A DNA stretch of 62,591 nt, the filler included. It is 13 parts of 13 records of this genome, joined end to end, with 100 filler letters (N's around TTAATTAATTAA, not from the genome) between each part and the next. Parts side by side here need not be neighbours in the genome. Positions count along the whole stretch, not along the records: positions 23,178 to 28,193 come from SRR9670534_1676; positions 28,294 to 33,053 come from SRR9670534_1679; positions 33,154 to 35,522 come from SRR9670534_1682; positions 35,623 to 42,991 come from SRR9670534_1685; 9 more parts are not named here. The stretch is one strand, 5' to 3'. This document shows positions 23,564 through 36,297 of the stretch, one piece after another. A program made the translations under genes and the position numbers. How positions within the stretch are numbered: the stretch's first letter is position 1; the number at the start of each line of letters is the position of its first letter. The notes under the pieces are model-generated. The model was not told where the DNA came from. It made no database searches and saw nothing but the letters and a program-made list of their open reading frames with translations.

Positions 23564-26500
23564 GAAATATCTGACCAAATTTATTCCACAATGAAAAAAG
23601 CTGATGAATTGGGTACTAAGGGTGATACACATGGGCAAAAAGCTGAAATAATTAATGAATTGTACAAGGTTAATAACAGATTTCAAGCCAGAGTTAATGA
23701 GTATAAAACTTTGCTGAATATGTCAGTTAGATTCTTCAAGAGCCTAGATCAGGTACCTTATAATTGTTGTTATTTAATAATATAAATGGCACATGACTAT
23801 TGTATTTTAATAAAAACTTTAACTTGAAATTTTCAAGTAACCAATACAAACTTTTAGTTGGATAATATTATTCAAACTACGCAAAAAACTTATTCTGAGC
23901 ATTGCTGTCCTAAAGACCTTTTATTGGCAGAGAAAGAGTTAAGTGATCATAATAAAGAGAAAGAAAAAATCCAAGATTTCTTTGGCAGAACTTTTAATGA
24001 AGGGGAGGAAATTGTTATGCGTGTTAGACAGCAAAGTTCTGAAGCCTTAGCAAGGCAAGATGTCGCAAATATAATAAATCTGGCCGAACAGAGAAAGGCT
24101 AGTTTTGATAGAACATGGGAATCGCAAAAGAAAAGGCTTGTAGACAATATCAAATATTGCCAATTTGTAGATTTGTTGGGTGAAGTGTACAAAGACATAG
24201 ATAACTTTATGAACGTTGTTCATCAACAGAAGAAGGCTACAGTTTCTGGAACAGCATTTACGCAGCTTAAAACTCATATTGATATCGTTGACAAAAAAAT
24301 TGAAAACGTTATTGAGGTGGCAAATTCATTGATAGCAGATGACCATGGCAACAAAGACCAAATTGAAAAGGACAAAGATGATCTTAATAAGAAACGCTCA
24401 CTTTTCCATACAACAGTTAATGAATACGGAACATCTGTGGATAAAGGAGGGATTTACGAAGCGCTTGTTAATGAAGTTCAAGTGTGGAATGAGCAAATGA
24501 ACCAGATTATGGTAAATGTTGACAACGAAAGTAATAAGTTGAAAGAGCCTCAAGGTCTTCAAAAATTAATTGACGTAGTTGATACAGCAATTAATAGTGG
24601 AAAGGATAAACCTGAACAGCTTAAGCAAATTTCAGAACATGCTGTGGAGATTTATGGACCAAACGCCCAAAATCAAATTCAGCCTCTTGTTTATCAAACG
24701 CAGGAGACATTTCAAAACATTAACAATCTTAAGGCTTCCTTGGTGGCAATTCAAGCTGAAGTGGCAAATAAACCTCCTCTTGAAGAAGTTATCAAGTTGC
24801 AAGAAATTGATACCATTATTGAAAAGAAAGAAACCGATGAAAAAATGATGCAACCTATAAAAGCAGATGATCAAGAAATACCTATTATGAAGGTTATAAT
24901 TGGTGACGAAGAATCAGCACCAAGTCAAACTGCTCGGCCAAGTATTGAAGAAATAATAAACAGTGCTCCTGAATCTATTTCAGTATTTGAAGAAGTTGGT
25001 TATCCAGTATTGGTACAACCTAAAAAAGGAGGACCGGTGATGTTGCATCCAGACATGCCTGCAGAAGGAGAAGTAGTAACTTTTGAAGAAGTTGAAGTTA
25101 CAGAATCAGTAAAAGGGATTTTTGACATTCAAACTGAACCTTTATCAGAGCCTTCAGCAGTACCTTCGACTGTTCCTGAAAAAATTCCTCAATCCTTGTC
25201 TGAAGCCATGGCTCCATCTGCGGCTATAGTTCCATTAGCTCCTCCCCTTTCATACCCTGAAATGCCTTTGTCTGCTGAAGGAGAAGATGTAGTTTATGAA
25301 GATGTTGAAGTTTCAGAAACAGTAGATGGGACATTTGATGTTCAAACTGTGCCGTCAAATGTCTCTGTGTCTCAAGAACCTCAGCAGATCACTCCGATTG
25401 CTGGTGCAGAAGGAGAAGTTGTAACTTTTGAGGAAGTTGAAGTTACAGAAACAGTAGATGGACAATTCGACGTTCAAACTGTGCCTTCAACAATGCAGTT
25501 ACCTTCAACTACCGCTGTGACAACTCCTCAACCTGCTACTCAAGCACCTCAAGAAGTATCTGCAGTTACTGCACCACATCCAGTAGCTCCGCCTATCTTT
25601 GTTAAGGAATTAAAAAGTGCTCAAGTTCTTGAAGGCAACAAGTAAGTATTGAAGTTCATTATAAAGAATTTTATTATATAGCCCTACTGTATATTTTTGA
25701 CATTATTATTCTATTTGTAGGCATAGATTTGTTTGTCAACTTGAACCACACGTTCAAGCTCAAGTCACTTGGTATAAGGATGGAATTCTAATCGTTAATC
25801 CTGATTACATCGTTAATGTTGAAAATGGTGTTTGTACTCTGATTATAGAGGAAACTTTTAGCGAGGATACTGCAAAGTTTTCATGTCGTGCAACAAATGA
25901 ATTAGGTACAGCAGAAACGTCTGCTTTTCTAAAGGTTATAGAATCTGAACGACCACAGCTTATATCACCAGATTTTATCAAAACATTGGAAAGTAAAGAA
26001 GTTTTGGAAGGTCAAAAAGTAACATTTGAATGTGAAGTACTGGGCTTTCCAAAACCAGAAATATCATGGTTTAAAAATAGCACACAATTAATGGACTGTC
26101 AAGAATTTTCTATCACAGAAGCTGAAAACAGATGTTTGTTAACCATCAATCCGACTAAGAAACAACCGCATGAAGGACGGTATACTTGTAAAGCTGTTAA
26201 CAGAATGGGAGAAGCCAATTCTTCTGCAGTTTTGGCAGTCAGGAGTATGGGAAAAATTCTTAATAACAATATAATATAGTAATACTAGAATTAAAATACG
26301 TTAATATAATTGTATGAATAGCTTTGTATGAATTTTATTAATAATAAAGAAGATACTAGAGCGCTAGATTTAATAACAGATAGTCTATAATAATTATATG
26401 AACATTTGTTATAGAACAACCATTAGCCAGACAGCCTGAAAAACCAAAAATAATCGAAGGATTGAAACCAAATTATCAGGCATTAGTAGGCAAACCTATT

Positions 26501-28193
26501 CGAATGAACTGCAGATATGAAGGCTATCCAGAAGTGGAAATTGTTTGGTCAAAGGATGATCTTCCTTTGAAAAGTACACCAGATTTGCGAATTGTGATTG
26601 AATTAGGTAATACAGCGGTTGAAATTAAGAAAGCAAATCCTGAACAAGCAGGAACCTATGCGGTAACAATCAAAAATGATCAAGGACAAGTTTCACAACG
26701 TTCAGAGTTAATAATAAATGTTCCGAAAAAGGGTACTCCAGACGTGGAGACGTTTAAACCAAAGTTAACTTCACCATTGAAAGATACTAGAATCACTCAA
26801 GGTCATAGAGCAGAATTCGATTGCACAATTATCGGACAACCAGAACCAGAAGTCATATGGTATCATAATGATAATCCCGTAAAAGAGTCCGAAAATTGCA
26901 AATTACTTTTTCAAAATGATTCTTGTCAAATGGTTATTCACAAGGCTTCTCAGACTGATGCTGGGCGATACAAGATTAGGGCTGTGAATGCTCTTGGGGA
27001 ATGTGCTAGTCAAGCAAATCTTTATGTGGAAGGTTAGTAGGTCTATAATAACAAAGGAAACAGATGTCGCTAGCATTTACGCGAAAACTCTTTTTGTAAT
27101 TTAGTTGAACCAATGCAATTCAAGCTACCACCAATTACAAAGCATGAAGCTAAGTCTGGAAGCCCACCTAGATTTATTCAAGTAATTCATGACTATGTCG
27201 GAAGTGAGGGTTATCCTCTGAGGATGGCATGTAGAGTTGTTGGAAATCCTCCACCACAAGTAAAATGGTTTAAGGATGATTCTGAAATAAAGAACTCTTC
27301 AGACTTTCAAGTACAATTATTTATAATACCTACTTATTATTAAACAAACAATTCTTATATTATTAATATAACAACTGTTTCAGATGAGTAAGCATCACGA
27401 TACCCATACTATGGCAATTTCTGAACCTTTTCCTGAAGACTCTGGTAATTATACAGTGAAGGCATTTAACCCTATTGGTGAAGCAAAATCATATGCAAAG
27501 GTTATTATAAAGCCTAAGGGTAGGTTAATAAAATAATTCTAAAGAAAGACGTGATTATTAATAATCTATTTGTTACATTTTTATTTTAGAACAAGTCGCT
27601 ACTAAAATTATCACCAGATCTGACGTAGTTCACTCTCCTCCTGAATTTAAGCTTCTTTTTCATGATTTATACGTTAAGCCAGGAGAACCAGCTTTGCTTG
27701 AATGTATTGTGACAGGAATACCAAAGCCACGTGTACATTGGACTAAAGACAACGGTCCTATTACTAGTCCAGAAATAAAAGTTAAGATGGAAGGTGACAA
27801 GCATACACTGTTGATACCTGAGTCATTTGAAGAGGATGCAGGCAGATACTCCATACACGCTGAAAACATGTCAGGCAGAGCAACAAATTCTGCTGTTTTG
27901 TATGTTGGTGATCAATATGAGGGCGGGCAGAAAACTCCTGACGAATATTTAAAGCTCCCTACTGCACAAGCAAGGCCAGATTTTAGTACGTCATTAGTGA
28001 GGCAAGTTCACCAAGAGCCTCTTCGTAGTCCCATAACATCTGAAAAAATATTTTCTCCCACAAAAATGCTTACCCACGAAGGACCCCATTTCAAGCCAGT
28101 TCAATTTAATGTAGAAAAACCTGTCCCACCCAAGTTTATTCAGCCCTTGCATTCAGTTATTGCAGCTGAAGGTCAAAGGGTTGTTTTAGAAGC
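23564..28193 (+). CDS. Invertebrate titin-family muscle protein (zormin/sallimus-like), multi-exon fragment: spectrin-like repeats, Pro/Glu/Val-rich linker, multiple I-set Ig domains
   Basis: Helical spectrin-like repeats at 23564-24780, a PEVK-like linker, then Ig domains such as NPDYIVNVENGVCTLIIEETFSEDTAKFSCRATN, ECEVLGFPKPEISWFK, DCTIIGQPEPEVIWYH, ACRVVGNPPPQVKWFK, ECIVTGIPKPRVHW. Truncated at both ends. Confidence 0.88.
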
Positions 28194-28470
28194 NNNNNNN
28201 NNNNNNNNNNNNNNNNNNNNNNNNNNNNNNNNNNNNNTTAATTAATTAANNNNNNNNNNNNNNNNNNNNNNNNNNNNNNNNNNNNNNNNNNNNTTAAATT
28301 TCAATTTGAATTTTAAAATTTTGCTAAATTTCAATTTAAAAATTATGTTGAAGTTGGTTTCAGAATCATAATTTGCTTGATTTAAAAGTTTTGTAATTTC
28401 AATAGTTGCAACGTCGTAGGAGTAACAAACCTTATGTATCATTGCTTCATGGTTATGATAATTTTAATAG

Positions 28471-28796
28471 GCTTAGAAGATTGGGCAAGATTATACGGCT
28501 ATAAGCCCGAATGGCTGTTCAGTAGAGATGCATTTGTCAATCCATACACGCCAAGCAGATTTCTTCCCAAGATGGAGCCTATCGTCAGCGTCGAATCCCC
28601 TATCTTTTATTCCTCTCGCCACATTGGTCGCCAAGTCTATTCAAAACTTTCGCTAACACCTGAATCGCGAATACTATCTAGTCCTCCGTTCTCATGGCAC
28701 CATCAAAATGGTAATTATGATGATAGACTTACCTATGAAAAATTTGCTGTAAATAATTATAAAAATCTGTTATCAATAAGCAAAAAGGATTCTTGA
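28471..28796 (+). CDS. Probable terminal exon of an unidentified gene
   Basis: An acceptor (ttttaatag, ending 28470) precedes an open, more GC-rich frame LEDWARLYGYKPEWLFSRDAF... to a stop. Upstream exons are lost at the contig edge. Confidence 0.45.
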
Positions 28797-29565
28797 TAAC
28801 AAGTAGATCATTGTAATACTTTCTTTTTGTACGTTCGGTAGTAATAATGATTGCTAATTTTGTATTTTTGCTCGTTATTTTATTTTAGTGCCAAAAATGT
28901 GTAAACAATTTTAACTTTTATTAATAAGCAAAAATTGTATATTTTATACTGATAATCTGTTTTTTGCTTGTTTTTTCCCACATAGTAATAATAATGCATG
29001 TATTCACTACAAACAATAAGATTTTATACAGTACATGTAACATCCATCCCAAGCATCTTATTCTTGTGTTAATTTTTTTTAAAAATAGATCTATGATTTT
29101 GAAACAGCTTGTAAGAATAAAGCAATAGATGAAATGAGCTGATACTGATACAAATAAGCAATAATGCATACTGACTGATTGTATTGCGTGTATACTTGTG
29201 TTGCCCTCTTTACTTTCACATATGTAAGTTTTCACACAATCACTTATAAATATGTCGAAGGACTGGTAAAAAGACTGTAAAGAAGATGAGTGATATTAAT
29301 AACATATGTTGTTCATCGCGGTTATTTAGTCCCTTCTTTTGGGAAAGCGCTAAAAAACTTTTGCTAATTAGTATTATCGAGCCATCTAAACTGCACCTGA
29401 CAATTGAAAGGTTCTTATTACCATAATTGATGCTGATAAGAACGATGACATATGATTGATGACTTTAATTTTTCAAAATATACAAATTGAAGCAATGATC
29501 GTTTTGATAAAATTTTTAAATTATATTTATGTTTTCAAAAAATTTAAAAATTTAGATAAATCGGA

Positions 29566-29648
29566 AAATTTTCAAATTTTAATTTTAACAAATTTTCAAA
29601 TTTTAATTTTAGCAAATTTTCAAATTTTAATTTTAACAAAATTTTCAT
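29566..29648. repeat. AT-rich 24-bp tandem repeat, about 3.5 copies
   Basis: AAATTTTCAAATTTTAATTTTA(A/G)C repeated. Confidence 0.8.
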
Positions 29649-31442
29649 TGTCCATTTTTAATCAAGTCATGAAATTTGAATTTAATTTTCATTCAAATGA
29701 CTGACTGCCTACACACCCTTTGACATTGGTTCTTTTCAATTAGTCGCTTCGATTTCCTCCAAATTTTTAAGGTTGATTAATAAAATCAATCGTTCCCTAT
29801 GTTGTTGATTCAACATGGATGTTAAATCCTACGCAGTAAATTAAATCATATTGTGTTGCAATTATTAATGCTAATATTGACATAGCGTAGTTTTTGTGTA
29901 ACCAATGTATTACTAATAGTAATTAAATCACTTGTTCATTAATAACAATACTTGTATATATGATCCTTATTATTCTTTATTTGATTTTAGCTTCCGTTAT
30001 TTAATATTAATAACAAATAATAAGGGTTTTGCTACTGCGACTCAATTCTTCATGGGAAGCGACTATTGTAGATTTTATAATGGCAAATTATGATAATTAA
30101 TAACGTCTTGTTAAGCTGACTTTGTGGATTTAATCTGGAAAATTAGCAGTACATTTACATGAGGTGATGCGGATAAATATGCCCATGGCCATTGAACCTC
30201 AGGGTTTTAACTTATTATTAATATATTATAATATGTCCTGATTACAGCAACGTTGATTAATAATAATAATAATAATAAAGACCTTATTATTATTAGGTAG
30301 TTACTAGGTATAACATAGCGCATAATGATGTCATAAATAACATTATTAACTAATATGAAAATGTAGTTATATCTAAATATAAAATATTAAATTTTGAATA
30401 AAGTATAATTTTTAAATTTTATTATTAAAATACAAATATAAATATAAATTTTAAACTTTAAGTTTAAAGATATAAATTTTAATGATATAAGTTGTTATTA
30501 ATAATAAAACATAGTATGTGAATAAAATATAAATTGTAAATATAATATGTATGTAATGTGAGAATTTGTAATATCAATAAGAATGTTTATATTTATTATA
30601 AATAAACATAATGTATTGAAATTTATAATAATAAATATAATCAATATAATGTGGTAAATAAACAAATATTGCAAAATTATATAGCATTATAAAATATAAT
30701 AAATTATAATAAAGACAGAGCATAAGTAAGACATTGGATTAATAACAAACTAAAAATCTACAAATTTTATTAGATTATAATAGTATTTCATCAGAAAAAT
30801 ATATATATTATAATTTTTAAATTTATAAGACATTAGTAAATTAACCATGGTCATTGAGTCTGAGGGTTTTTGCCTGATTATTATTATTATTAAAAATCAT
30901 AATCACAACAAGGCCGATCTTTATTGATAAAAGCAATCATAACATGTTTAAGCTTACGTTAATTCATTAGGCAAAACAGCATCACAATAGGCTATATAAT
31001 AAGCTATAAATATTTATTAACCAGCAGTGCTGCTAATTAAATGGAGCGAAAACAATAGGCACAGTAGTAATAATCTATACCGAACTAGTAAAGCTCTATT
31101 GTTATTAAATGACAGTTTGAAGCATATGTGCGCAGCGCACAATTCTTTAAATATTGATGATCACTATCCCCATCGTTCAACCAGTATACTATATATTAAC
31201 ATGTCGATGTATGTTTGTTCTCTACCAGCAAGAGAGACTAGCTAGGCTATTTATTCATTCTTTATATAGCAGTGATCCTCTTTTATGTTTGCTTTTATTA
31301 TTGTTGTTTAGCCATTTTCTTGTATAACAATCGTTCTTTTCTTAATAAATTGCTACTTCATTTACGTATATTACACTTCCTTTGAATGTTGGGGGTATTT
31401 TTACCTACGGCATAATTTATCTAAGTAAATTTTTTTAGTTAG

Positions 31443-33026
31443 ATGGAGGAACGGTTGGGCCTTGTCACTGGAATTTTCTTTATTTTCTTGCATTTGGTAA
31501 CCGCAATTACGTATGATTGCACTGATAAGGACAGAAATTGCAAATGTGATTTGGATGAAATTTTATTGGGAAATACCTATCTTCATTATGGAACTGTGGA
31601 GTGTACAAACCTAGCCTCAATGCCCATATTCACCAGGACTGATAATTACTTTGAATTTCACATGAAAAAATTTTACCCTACTCAATTGGGAAATGAAGCA
31701 TTTTTTGGTTCAACGTTTAACACTATTGAAATTTCATTTTCAAACGTGACAGTTTTAGCACCACATGCATTTTTTGGTCTTGAACATTTACTTGAAAAAC
31801 TCTTAATTGTGAACAGTAAGTTATCAACCGTTCCAAAAGAAGCTCTGAAGAATCTTGGAAGGCTCAAAAACTTAGATTTGGAAGGTAATAACATAAAAAC
31901 CATTCCAGCAAACTTTTTCACAAAAGCAGCCTTTCCATATTTATCCTCGATCAATTTAAATAGGAATAAAATTGCTTCATTGCCTTCAAATGCATTTTAT
32001 CAGCTAACCTTATCGTCCTTTTACATTGAAAATAACAATATGAGATCCATGGCACTAGCAGCTTTTAACAAAATTAATTCTACTGGAGCTGCATTTTCAT
32101 TTCAAAATAATGCTCTGGAGACTCTACATGGTGATGAATTTGAGGCCTGTGAAATTTATAGAATAGATCTGAGATCAAATGGAATGAAAACCCTTTCTGA
32201 GGGTCTTATTACAAAGAATAAAATTCTTGACACCATTTATGTTGGTGGCAATAATTTCAGTTGTGACTGTGAATTGCAGTGGATAAAAAATTACATGCAC
32301 AAATTGAAGACAAGTGATTTATCTCATTCTGATGCCATATTTTGCTATTCTTGCCCTTTCCAAATAGGTGGTAATAACTGCCCATCTGCTAAAATTTCCG
32401 TTTTTACTTATGACATTACATACGAAGACTGTCTTGTTAAGAAGTCATCAATTGGTACTGTTGGCATTGTAGCAAGCGTGTCGGCTGGCGTTTTGATTAT
32501 GATCATTGCAATCTGTTGCATTTGCAGAAATGTACAGAAAACGAAGCAAAAACGAATACTAAATGAACAAAATGGTGGCTTTCACCATTTTCAGAAAGCG
32601 AGTTCCCAGTTTAGCACCTATAACAACACTCCCAGTGAAGAAGGACCTAGAACTGAGGAAGATCAATGGAATGATGAAGAAGAACAATCCCTACCAGATG
32701 ACCATGAAGAAACGAAGCCTTTGAGAAAAGAACCTAAAAATACCTACAGAAAATTAAATTCCCCAAGACCAAACAAGAAGGCATCATTAGAAAATGGTAC
32801 TATTAGGGTCAATCCTCAAGATGATGATGACCCTGAACTTCTTGGTCAAATATCATCGAATGGAACCGTGCCACGAGCTAATGGAGTTGTCAAAACACCA
32901 ACTTCATCCAAAAAGCAAGCACCAAGAAAACCCAAACACCATAACCAAAGTCTGTATAATAATGACATCAGTAACCCAGAACAACCTTCTCAAGATATTC
33001 AGTCCTCTCCCATATCCAGTGTATAG
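31443..33026 (+). CDS. Single-pass leucine-rich-repeat membrane protein, 527 aa, single coding exon
   Basis: Signal peptide, LRRNT (CTDKDRNCKC), typical LRRs (LKNLDLEGNNIKTIP, LSSINLNRNKIASLP), LRRCT (GGNNFSCDCELQWI), TM (VGIVASVSAGVLIMIIAICCIC) and a disordered tail ending SSV (class I PDZ-ligand-like). No TIR domain. Confidence 0.92.
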   Translation: MEERLGLVTGIFFIFLHLVTAITYDCTDKDRNCKCDLDEILLGNTYLHYGTVECTNLASMPIFTRTDNYFEFHMKKFYPTQLGNEAFFGSTFNTIEISFSNVTVLAPHAFFGLEHLLEKLLIVNSKLSTVPKEALKNLGRLKNLDLEGNNIKTIPANFFTKAAFPYLSSINLNRNKIASLPSNAFYQLTLSSFYIENNNMRSMALAAFNKINSTGAAFSFQNNALETLHGDEFEACEIYRIDLRSNGMKTLSEGLITKNKILDTIYVGGNNFSCDCELQWIKNYMHKLKTSDLSHSDAIFCYSCPFQIGGNNCPSAKISVFTYDITYEDCLVKKSSIGTVGIVASVSAGVLIMIIAICCICRNVQKTKQKRILNEQNGGFHHFQKASSQFSTYNNTPSEEGPRTEEDQWNDEEEQSLPDDHEETKPLRKEPKNTYRKLNSPRPNKKASLENGTIRVNPQDDDDPELLGQISSNGTVPRANGVVKTPTSSKKQAPRKPKHHNQSLYNNDISNPEQPSQDIQSSPISSV

Positions 33027-34066
33027 TCAGTCATCTATTTTTAAGACTTTGTTNNNNNNNNNNNNNNNNNNNNNNNNNNNNNNNNNNNNNNNNNNNNTTA
33101 ATTAATTAANNNNNNNNNNNNNNNNNNNNNNNNNNNNNNNNNNNNNNNNNNNNATCTCCTGGTGCTAAGATGGCCCATGGCATGAAGATGGCATGAAGCA
33201 TTAAGAAACTTATGAAGCAACTGGATTATTATTCCCAAACATTAAAACTATATGTTAATGTGATATCTTACGTAACATATTTTATGATCCATGCATAGAT
33301 ATTACACTACCAAGATACATGATGTATTACATCTGACAGCATGCTAGTTATTAATAATAAATAGTAACAACAAAAAATGGATGCAGCAAACAGTATATCC
33401 ATTTTTTGTTTTTGTAGATCAGCATCATTTATTTAATAATTACAGTAGATACATTTTGTCAACTTGGGCAAGGTTAATAAGGCTTTTAGTTTCATCATTA
33501 TAAGACTTTAGCTTGTAATGTAATATCAAGCTATATAGTTCAACATATGTTCTTACTCATCAACGAAGTTATAATAGAGTACATTTTTTGTTTTTGGCAT
33601 TTAAAATGTTAGCATTAAAATTTAAATTTTAAGTCTTAGCATTTAAATTTTAAAGTAGCCTAAATATAACTATAGATAATCATGGTCATTATATGCATTT
33701 ACAATAAAACATTAACAATGTTCTTTTGTGTTTACATTGTTCTGTTATATGATAACTTATATCATATAGATATTACAATGTTCTTCTGTCTTTACATTGT
33801 TCTGTTATATCATGATAATATTACTTATATCTAACATAACAACTATCATAATTGAATTATATCAACCTGGTTACTGGGGCAATATAACAGCTAGCATACT
33901 AAATATTATTATTATTAATAGAAAAACTACAATCTTTTAATGTCAATTTTTTGTTTTTTGGTTAATTGGTTCACATTTAATAAATTAAAGTAGGTAGAAA
34001 ATGCATTATGATTTTATCTGTTTTATATGTAAGTGCCATTTTTATAAATTTGGTGAGGATATAGAC

Positions 34067-34137
34067 TAGATGCATAATTTGAGAACAATTGGGTACTTGA
34101 AATTCAAGTACTCAATTGTCCTCAAATTATCCATCCA
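34067..34137. repeat. 71-nt near-perfect palindrome (35-bp arms, 4 mismatches, 1-nt loop)
   Basis: TAGATGCATAATTTGAGAACAATTGGGTACTTGAA-A-TTCAAGTACTCAATTGTCCTCAAATTATCCATCCA. Confidence 0.85.
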
Positions 34138-34604
34138 ACGCTGTTGCTATTATTCTTACCACCTGGGGTAATGATTTAGAGGAAGCAATCACTTATAATG
34201 GTTATGAGTATATTCTACATGCTATGTGGTAGTATATACTACAGAGTATTGTAGTATAATACTATTGTATCGATCTTCCGTGATTAGTAGAATGGAATTG
34301 GTAGCGCTGCTACCTTCATTAGTTTATTCATTCATAACGACAGCTTTGTTTTCAAAATAATATAAGTTACTTGCCCGATCAATGTATATGTATGTACAAT
34401 ATAGTGTATCGATTTTTTAACATTACATAGTATTTGATAAGATTGGGCTGCTGCTGCAGCGGTGGTTCATTCATTATTAACAATATTAATAATGTATTGT
34501 TTTACTTTTAAAGCAATACTTTACCTTGCTTGGGTTTCCTTTATAACATTGAAGAGAAACCATATTATTGACATATATCCCATATTTTGTTAACTTAGTG
34601 TTTT

Positions 34605-35522
34605 ATGGCTTCTATTACCATTTGGAAATTAGCTCTTCAGAAGAGCAGAGATGCTATTTTAAACAACATAAAATCTGACACAAAGTTCTTCCTAGAAAAG
34701 CTTACCACAGCGAAGGTTTTGAGTGTTTCACAGGCACTTGACATTGAACGAAAGGGAGAAACTGCATTGGATAAAGCAACTAAGATATTCGATATTTTGA
34801 CGGCCAAGAGCAAAAGAGATTACTTGGCATTTCTGGAAGTGTTAAGGGAAAATGGGAGACATCATTTGGTGATGGAGCTGAACATTCACATGGAACAAAT
34901 TTCCATTGGAATTGGAGGGAAGCACTTGGATACGCTACATAAAATGGAGTTGATCGTACTCAGACAATTTCCTAATTTCTACTCTGAATTCAAGAAAAAC
35001 TTCAAAGCGAGAGAACTTTTACCTCAAGACAATTTTAAGATAATTGATGAATGCTATGGTGAACATGATAAAAATGTCATGTTTTTTAGAATACTTTCTG
35101 AGGTTTCCACTGAGCTATCTTTTAAGGAGTTTATAAAGTGTGTCCGAGAATTTGATGTGGATAAAAAGTATCAATGTTTGACGGATGAAATCTACCTGGC
35201 TGAATTTCAGCATGATATCAAGGGTGTTTGTGTTACCCCAAAGAGCATCCTCAATCATGAAGAATGTTGGCAACTTATCGGATGTGGCACTTTCGCAAAT
35301 GTTTACAAAGTCATAGCTTATGGCTTTGGATGTTGTGCTTTTAAAAAGTTCAAAAGACTTTCAGAAACGTTTGATGAGAACCTGATGTGCAAACCAATCT
35401 TTGAAAAGGAAATAAAGAAGCAGATTGAAATATCTTCAAGAATAAGCCATCCAAATTGCATCCAAGTGTTTGCCTTCGTCAGCGATACAAGCTGCTATGG
35501 TATTTTGCAAGAACTCTGCTCT
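34605..35522 (+). CDS. CARD-CARD-kinase (5' part; kinase truncated by contig end)
   Basis: Clear CARD (WKLALQKSRDAIL...FLEKLTTAKVLS...DKATKIFDILTAKSKRDYLAFLEVLRENGRHHLVMEL), a second CARD-like helix bundle, then a kinase N-lobe IGCGTFANVYK...CAFKK...SHPNCIQVFA...YGILQELC. Confidence 0.88.
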
Positions 35523-36297
35523 NNNNNNNNNNNNNNNNNNNNNNNNNNNNNNNNNNNNNNNNNNNNTTAATTAATTAANNNNNNNNNNNNNNNNNNNNNN
35601 NNNNNNNNNNNNNNNNNNNNNNTGACTTTTTGTTTGTGCATGTGCCCCATTAGATTATGGTAGACACCTAATGATGTGTACATACATGTGTATGTACATA
35701 CTTGTGGAGGCTCTGTTATTTAAGATTGTAGTAATTCATTTGTTCATTAGCTGCAGATTTCAGGATTATAATCTCAAAAATTTTCTTAATCAATCAATGT
35801 TCTGAATCAAAATCAAATATCCTCATTGTAAGAACTCAGTTAATGAATCAATCTCATGCTTATTATTTTAATAAGAAGGAAACAATCCCTTCTTCAATGA
35901 AGAATTGTTAAAATTTGCATAATTTATTGCCTTACAGAATTAATATACAATTCTGACATCATTCACTTTGGAAAATTCAAATTTAAAGCTAATTTATTAA
36001 ATTAAGGCAAAATTTAAATTACAATATCTACAAATTCATAGAAAATTGATTCAAAAAATTTTTAAGTTAAATTATAATCTCTACAAATTCATAGAAAATT
36101 GATTCAAAATCTTTAAGTACTGAATTTGAAATTTTGTTTTTGTGACGAATATTGAAAAGTTGATCCTAAATTAATACTGCATCTGATAGTCAAACCATTG
36201 GCATTTTGAATTGAACATGAAGCATGCTTAATTTACAAAGATAATAATCTGAATTATAATTTCAGATAGTACCAAGAAAGATTTCTAAAGCCGAAAT

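Noticed and set aside
31443-33026. LRR protein as a Toll-like sensor for the CARD system
   Set aside because: No TIR or death-fold domain in its tail, and it is on a separate contig; it looks like an ordinary adhesion-type LRR protein.
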